Shown: piece by piece, positions 52,135 through 56,946 of the stretch
Layout of the letters: the number at the start of each line of letters is the position of its first letter
Position numbering within the stretch: the stretch's first letter is position 1
The notes under the pieces: model-generated
Told to the model about the DNA's origin: nothing
What the model saw: the letters and a program-made list of their open reading frames with translations, nothing else
Databases searched by the model: none
Made by a program: the position numbers and the translations under genes
NCBI RefSeq assembly: GCF_006345805.1
Contig: NW_021833637.1
Location: 1-56,946, forward strand
Origin: Octopus sinensis
Taxonomy: Eukaryota
Length of the DNA: 56,946 nt
Reading direction: 5' to 3'

Positions 52135-52640
52135 TGTATACATATGGTGTGGGTGTGTTTAATGATTATAAATAATCATATCACTTATTCACAGTAGGCT
52201 GCGCGTACTAATCCTCCATGCACTACAATCTTACATCAAATTCTGTCAGAAAAATTCAACAAAATTGTTTAATTGAAATTTTCCATATGGCAAAAATTAA
52301 AATAGCAAAAAATATGCAAAAAATATCGGAACATAAATAGATGAATAAATATCTTACATGGTCGACAAATCAATACGTCATTAGTTAAATAAAGTATCGA
52401 AAATAAAAGAAAAGAAAATCGTGAAACTTCCCAGCGTGATTAACGAACTTATCGATCATATTAACGACAGCAAAAACAACTAAATTAATGTCAATAAAAA
52501 CGAAAAATTTACTACCATTACCACCACCACCACCACAATCACAACTACTACTACAACTACTACTACTACTACTGATGCTGCTGCTGTTAGTAGTAGTAGT
52601 AGTAGCAGCAGCAGCAGCAGTAGTAGTATTAGTAGCCAGC

Positions 52641-53193
52641 AATTTTGGGGGAAGCGATGCGTTAATTGCATCGACCCCAGTGTTCAACGGGTATTTAATT
52701 TATCGACTGCGAAATGATGAACGATAAAATCGACCTCGGCGGAATGTGAACTGAGAACGTAGAGACTAGCGAAATACCTATTTCTTTACTACCCACAAGG
52801 GGCTAAACACCTAGGACAAATAAGGACAGACAAACGGATTAAGTCGATTATATTGACCTCAGTACCTAACTGGTACTTATTTTAATTGACCCCGAAAGGA
52901 TGAAAGGCAAAGTTGACCTCGGTGGAATTTGAACTTCGAACGTAAAGGCAGACGAAATACCTATTTCTTTACTACCCACAAGGGGCTAAACACAGAGAGG
53001 ACAAATAAGGACAGACAAACGGATTAAGTCGATGTAATCAACTCCAGTGCGTAACTGGTACTTATTTAATCGACCCCGAAAGGATGAAAGGCAAAGTCGA
53101 CCTCGGTGGAATTTGAACTCAGAACGTAGCGGCAGACGAAATACCGCTAAGCATTTCGCCCGGTGCGCTAACGTTTCTGCCAGCTCGCCGCCT
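52641..53193 (-). mobile_element. SINE family B, three-unit tandem (183-184 bp period)
   Basis: GAAATACC at 52771, 52954 and 53138; single head at 53193. Confidence 0.9.
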
Positions 53194-53250
53194 AAAAATA
53201 ACAGCGATGATGATGCTGATGATGCTGATAATGATGTTAACAATAACAAC

Positions 53251-53293
<43 letters not shown>

Positions 53294-53438
53294 ATAATAA
53301 TGTTTCCTACTCAAATTCCTCTTTCATATTGTGATCGTACGATCATCTACATTACCGTGTTCTTTGCCATCATCGTGGATGTCACCCTCGTACTCTTTCA
53401 ACGTAATTGCAAGAATGGTGCTCTTTTATTCTTGCTCC

Positions 53439-53888
53439 TATACCATCATGCATTTCTGTGATGGTTCTTGCTCTAAATAATGCTAGACCAATTTTGTGAA
53501 GGTTATTTCTACAGATATTTTGTAGAAATATAGAAATTATAGCGAGCACTGACTTATTGATATAACGTTTCTTATCGAGACGTCAGATGTAAATAAGCAA
53601 TGAGATCGATGACAGAAATGGTTAATATGTGTATATGCCATATTTCAGGGGTGCTGATGAAGGAGCAAAGATCCCTGAATAATGGCATACACTCATTACC
53701 CATTTTTGTCTTCGATCTCTTTGTTTGTTTACATATGTCGTCTCGATACGAAACGCTGTAGCAAAAAATCAGTGCTGTTTCTAATTTCTATAGAATATCT
53801 GCAGAAACAACCTTAACAAACTAATTTCTGTAGCACTGCTAACAAATCTAATATACCTTATAGTATATTATGGGTGCATGACGATATA
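53439..53888. repeat. Old fold-back element of about 450 bp
   Basis: About 53480-53650 matches the reverse complement of about 53672-53835; outer 14-mers match 11 of 14. Confidence 0.8.
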
Positions 53889-55074
53889 CCACGTACCTAA
53901 AAGTCATTAAAGATAGAGCAGTGTCTTTTCCAATATGATGAATAAAGGTACGCTGAATGGTTTCCAAAAAGATTCTTAATTAAAACGAATTTCCCTTGGC
54001 AGTAATTGGGACTCAGTATGGGTAGATACTTCAAGAAATGAAAAGAATTCATCTCTGCGAATAAAACTTATTAGTGGAAAGATAATTTGATTCTTCTTAA
54101 TAGGCCATTGTCAGTTATGTACATATTCCTATATATTATCATTCATAACGATTAGCTCCCGAGGGCCACTCCCGAGGAATAGCTAAGGGAAAATTTTACA
54201 TATTGAAAGAAATTTATGGATAATTTTTGGCCAATTTAATTTCCAAAATTGAAATTAAGACGAACTCGCAAAACGACACAAAATCACATTATTTGCTAGC
54301 ATTTGATCTGTTATGTTGCCAGTATGTTGCGAAGCTGTATTATATGAGATTTGTTTTTGTTGCGCATAAATCTAAACGTACATTAATTGCTATTTATTTG
54401 GTATTAAGATGTATTTGTTGTCAGTTTTTGCTCTCATATAAGTCTTGTTTCTCTTATGTTTCCTACTTCACATATTTTATATTCAATATCACAAAGTTTA
54501 ATTTTTTCTTGAATAACTAATTTTAAAAAACATGTCCTGTTTTTAATTTATTCGTAGTATCGTCCATTGATTTCATGCAGATTTAGCGTTTAGGGCGACA
54601 ATAGTTTTATTGTTATTATTAATGCGGTATTATTGACAAAGCAACTACTTAATTAGTTTACATGGTTTAATACAGAGTTAACTTTTGTCGCAGTTATCGT
54701 TCACACATGTTCCTTTCTGATATAAGAAAGTCACTGAGACGTAGGGAAACTGTACCTAACACGTGACTGCCTTCAGTCAATCAAATTGTACCTTAATTTT
54801 CAAATGTTATGAGCAATAACCTCGCCATAAATAGGATCGCCTTTTCAAAATTCCCTCCATAGAGACTGCTATGATATATATAGCTCCACGTCTTTCATAC
54901 CTTCCCATCGTACTTTTGAAATTGCTTAAATTAATGTAAATAAAACTTACAGACTCCAACTGCATTTTCAGCTTCACCTGTACACATTTCAACAGTTGTA
55001 AACTGAAATATATTTTCCTTAAATGCATATACATATTGAGCATACTCTCAGAAACACGCATATATATATATAAT

Positions 55075-55105
<31 letters not shown>

Positions 55106-55568
55106 TATTATGTGAAATAGAAAGATGAATAATCTTGTTGCAGATTAATCAAAAGTTTAATGTTCTGTTGTTCTGTTTTTGTTTTTTCCAACGGATTTCC
55201 TATTTCTTCCTGAAGAGAAAGACACAATATGGTCTCATTATTCAATCGGAATTTGGTAAATTGTGCCTTTCGAAACACGTGTAGAATGAAATAAAACGAT
55301 TTCTGTTCAATCTTCGTTCAACTCCATTTCTTAAATTCACTAATAATATATATATATATATATCTTAAATAATAATAAAATTTACTGCCTGACTGAAACT
55401 GCAGTTTGCTGCGGGATAGTTTGTAACATACACGTGGGTATAAAGGATAAATGTGGATTCACATTCGGTTGTATAATTTTGGGGAGTACGGTTGAAATAT
55501 TAGTTATGCGATGAAGCTTGATCGCGTACATTTTTAATCCTGATGCTAAAAAATTTATAACTTGAATT

Positions 55569-55630
55569 ATTACACTGAGGAAAAAAATAGGTAAATATAA
55601 TTTACTTTAATCTCGAAACGCGTCTGTAAT
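55569..55630 (+). ncRNA. Minimal hammerhead motif with eroded stem II base
   Basis: ATTACA-CTGAGGA...GTAAAT(ATA)ATTTAC...GAAAC-GC-GTC-TGTAAT; 6-bp stem I; palindromic ACGCGT. Confidence 0.55.
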
Positions 55631-55815
55631 TAATCGAAGTCGTGTGGATTCATAATTTTTTTCTTTTTGCGTACATAAAAAAGTGTTATTTCTCGGAGAT
55701 ACTTATGGTAGTTGAAATAACATTAGCTTCTATTTCTAATTTCAGTATGTGGCGAAGCAGTTTACTGACCCCTGATTACAATTATATTTAGGTATATAAT
55801 TATTGAATTATATAT

Positions 55816-56188
55816 TCTTTCTTTCTTTCTTTTACTTGTTTCAGTCATTTGACTGCGGCCATGCTGGAGCACCGCCTTTAGTCGAGCAAATCGACCCCGG
55901 GACTTATTCTTTGTAAGCCCAGTATTTATTCTATCGGTCTCTTTTGCCGAACCGCTAAGTGACGGGGACGTAAACACACCAGCATCGGTTGTCAAGCAAT
56001 GCTAGGGGGACAAACACACAAACACACACACATACAACACACACATATATATATATAACATATATACGACAGGCTTCTTTCAGTTTCCGTCTACCAAATC
56101 CACTCACAAGGCATTGGTCGGCCCGGGGCTATAGCAGAAGACACTTGCCCAAGATGCCACGCAGTGGGACTGAACCCGGAGCCATGTG
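55816..56188 (-). mobile_element. SINE family A, head truncated
   Basis: Reverse complement of core and tail. Confidence 0.88.
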
Positions 56189-56259
56189 ATAACACAAGCA
56201 TGCATTTGCATATGTACATAGACACTTGCGCGCACACACACATACACGCACTCACACAC

Positions 56260-56291
<32 letters not shown>

Positions 56292-56946
56292 GTACATGCG
56301 CGCGCGTCTGTGTGTGTATGTTTGTAAATATGTATTTCGCGACCTGAGCGGAATAATATTGGACATAAATTTCTAAATATAATCCGGAGTGTGGATTACG
56401 TATTTCAGAAGGATTTTCTTCACTTCTCGATGATAGTTTTTTTTTCTTTTTTTGTAACAGTTGTTAACACACAATGAATAACAACCATTTACAACGTGAC
56501 ACATCGTAAGATACCTTGAAATCCAGTTCCTGTTGGTGATATTCCCAGTTTTCTTTAATTTCTGAATTAAAATCTCACCGTTCTCCTTTATTCATTTCAG
56601 AGCCCGATTAAATTTATATACCTGTAATATGTTGAGGTTTTACTAGCATATTTTAAGGTTTTACACCAATAGGAGTTATCAATATAAATACTGTTAGTGA
56701 TATATGTATAGAAAATTTTCCATCTTTTTCCCCCCTTAATTTCCTTCTCTCCTTTTCTTTATCCATAAATCATTTAAAGATGTTTGAATATAAATAAATC
56801 ATTCACAAATTCAGCTTGTGTCTATTATCAACAAAGCATTCCAGATGGAGCGTTTGGCATATTTCAGCAACAGAATCAGTAGAAAAATTCTGACACACCA
56901 TCGATTACCGTCATCTGTTTAAGACGTGTAAAGGTAATTGCTAGAA

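Noticed and set aside
53654-53690. CTGATGA in the fold-back spacer
   Set aside because: No GAAA or stem III; no partner D box for a snoRNA.
55210-55245. CTGAAGA with an AGAC/GTCT stem
   Set aside because: No downstream GAAA.

Overview
Repeat-dominated, AT-rich eukaryotic DNA with no recognisable host gene. The SINE families and very dense compound microsatellites resemble Octopus (coleoid cephalopod) DNA; this is inferred from recalled repeat sequences, not from a search. Nearly all long ORFs in the track are microsatellite artefacts. Supported content: about 25 tRNA-derived SINE copies (3-4 families); RTE, CR1-group, R4/Dong and L1/Tx1 LINE fragments; a full-length dead mariner, a mariner deletion derivative and an internally deleted Tc1; several old fold-back elements; a Penelope-like (PLE) GIY-YIG remnant; one weak candidate exon. 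The main observation is a dense set of minimal type I hammerhead ribozyme (HHR) motifs: 8 well-formed or recognisable, plus weaker ones, from several dissimilar repeat ends. Most have a self-complementary stem III, and most are followed by a short tail running into (TA)n or (CA)n. They include a tRNA-headed SINE-like element ending in an HHR, a fold-back with one HHR on each strand, and a U3-A8 compensated HHR downstream of the GIY-YIG ORF. A second observation is two ORF1-only (HAL1-like) elements inserted within a few nt of the same site in the head of one SINE family. No ribozyme activity or transcription is shown by the sequence alone.
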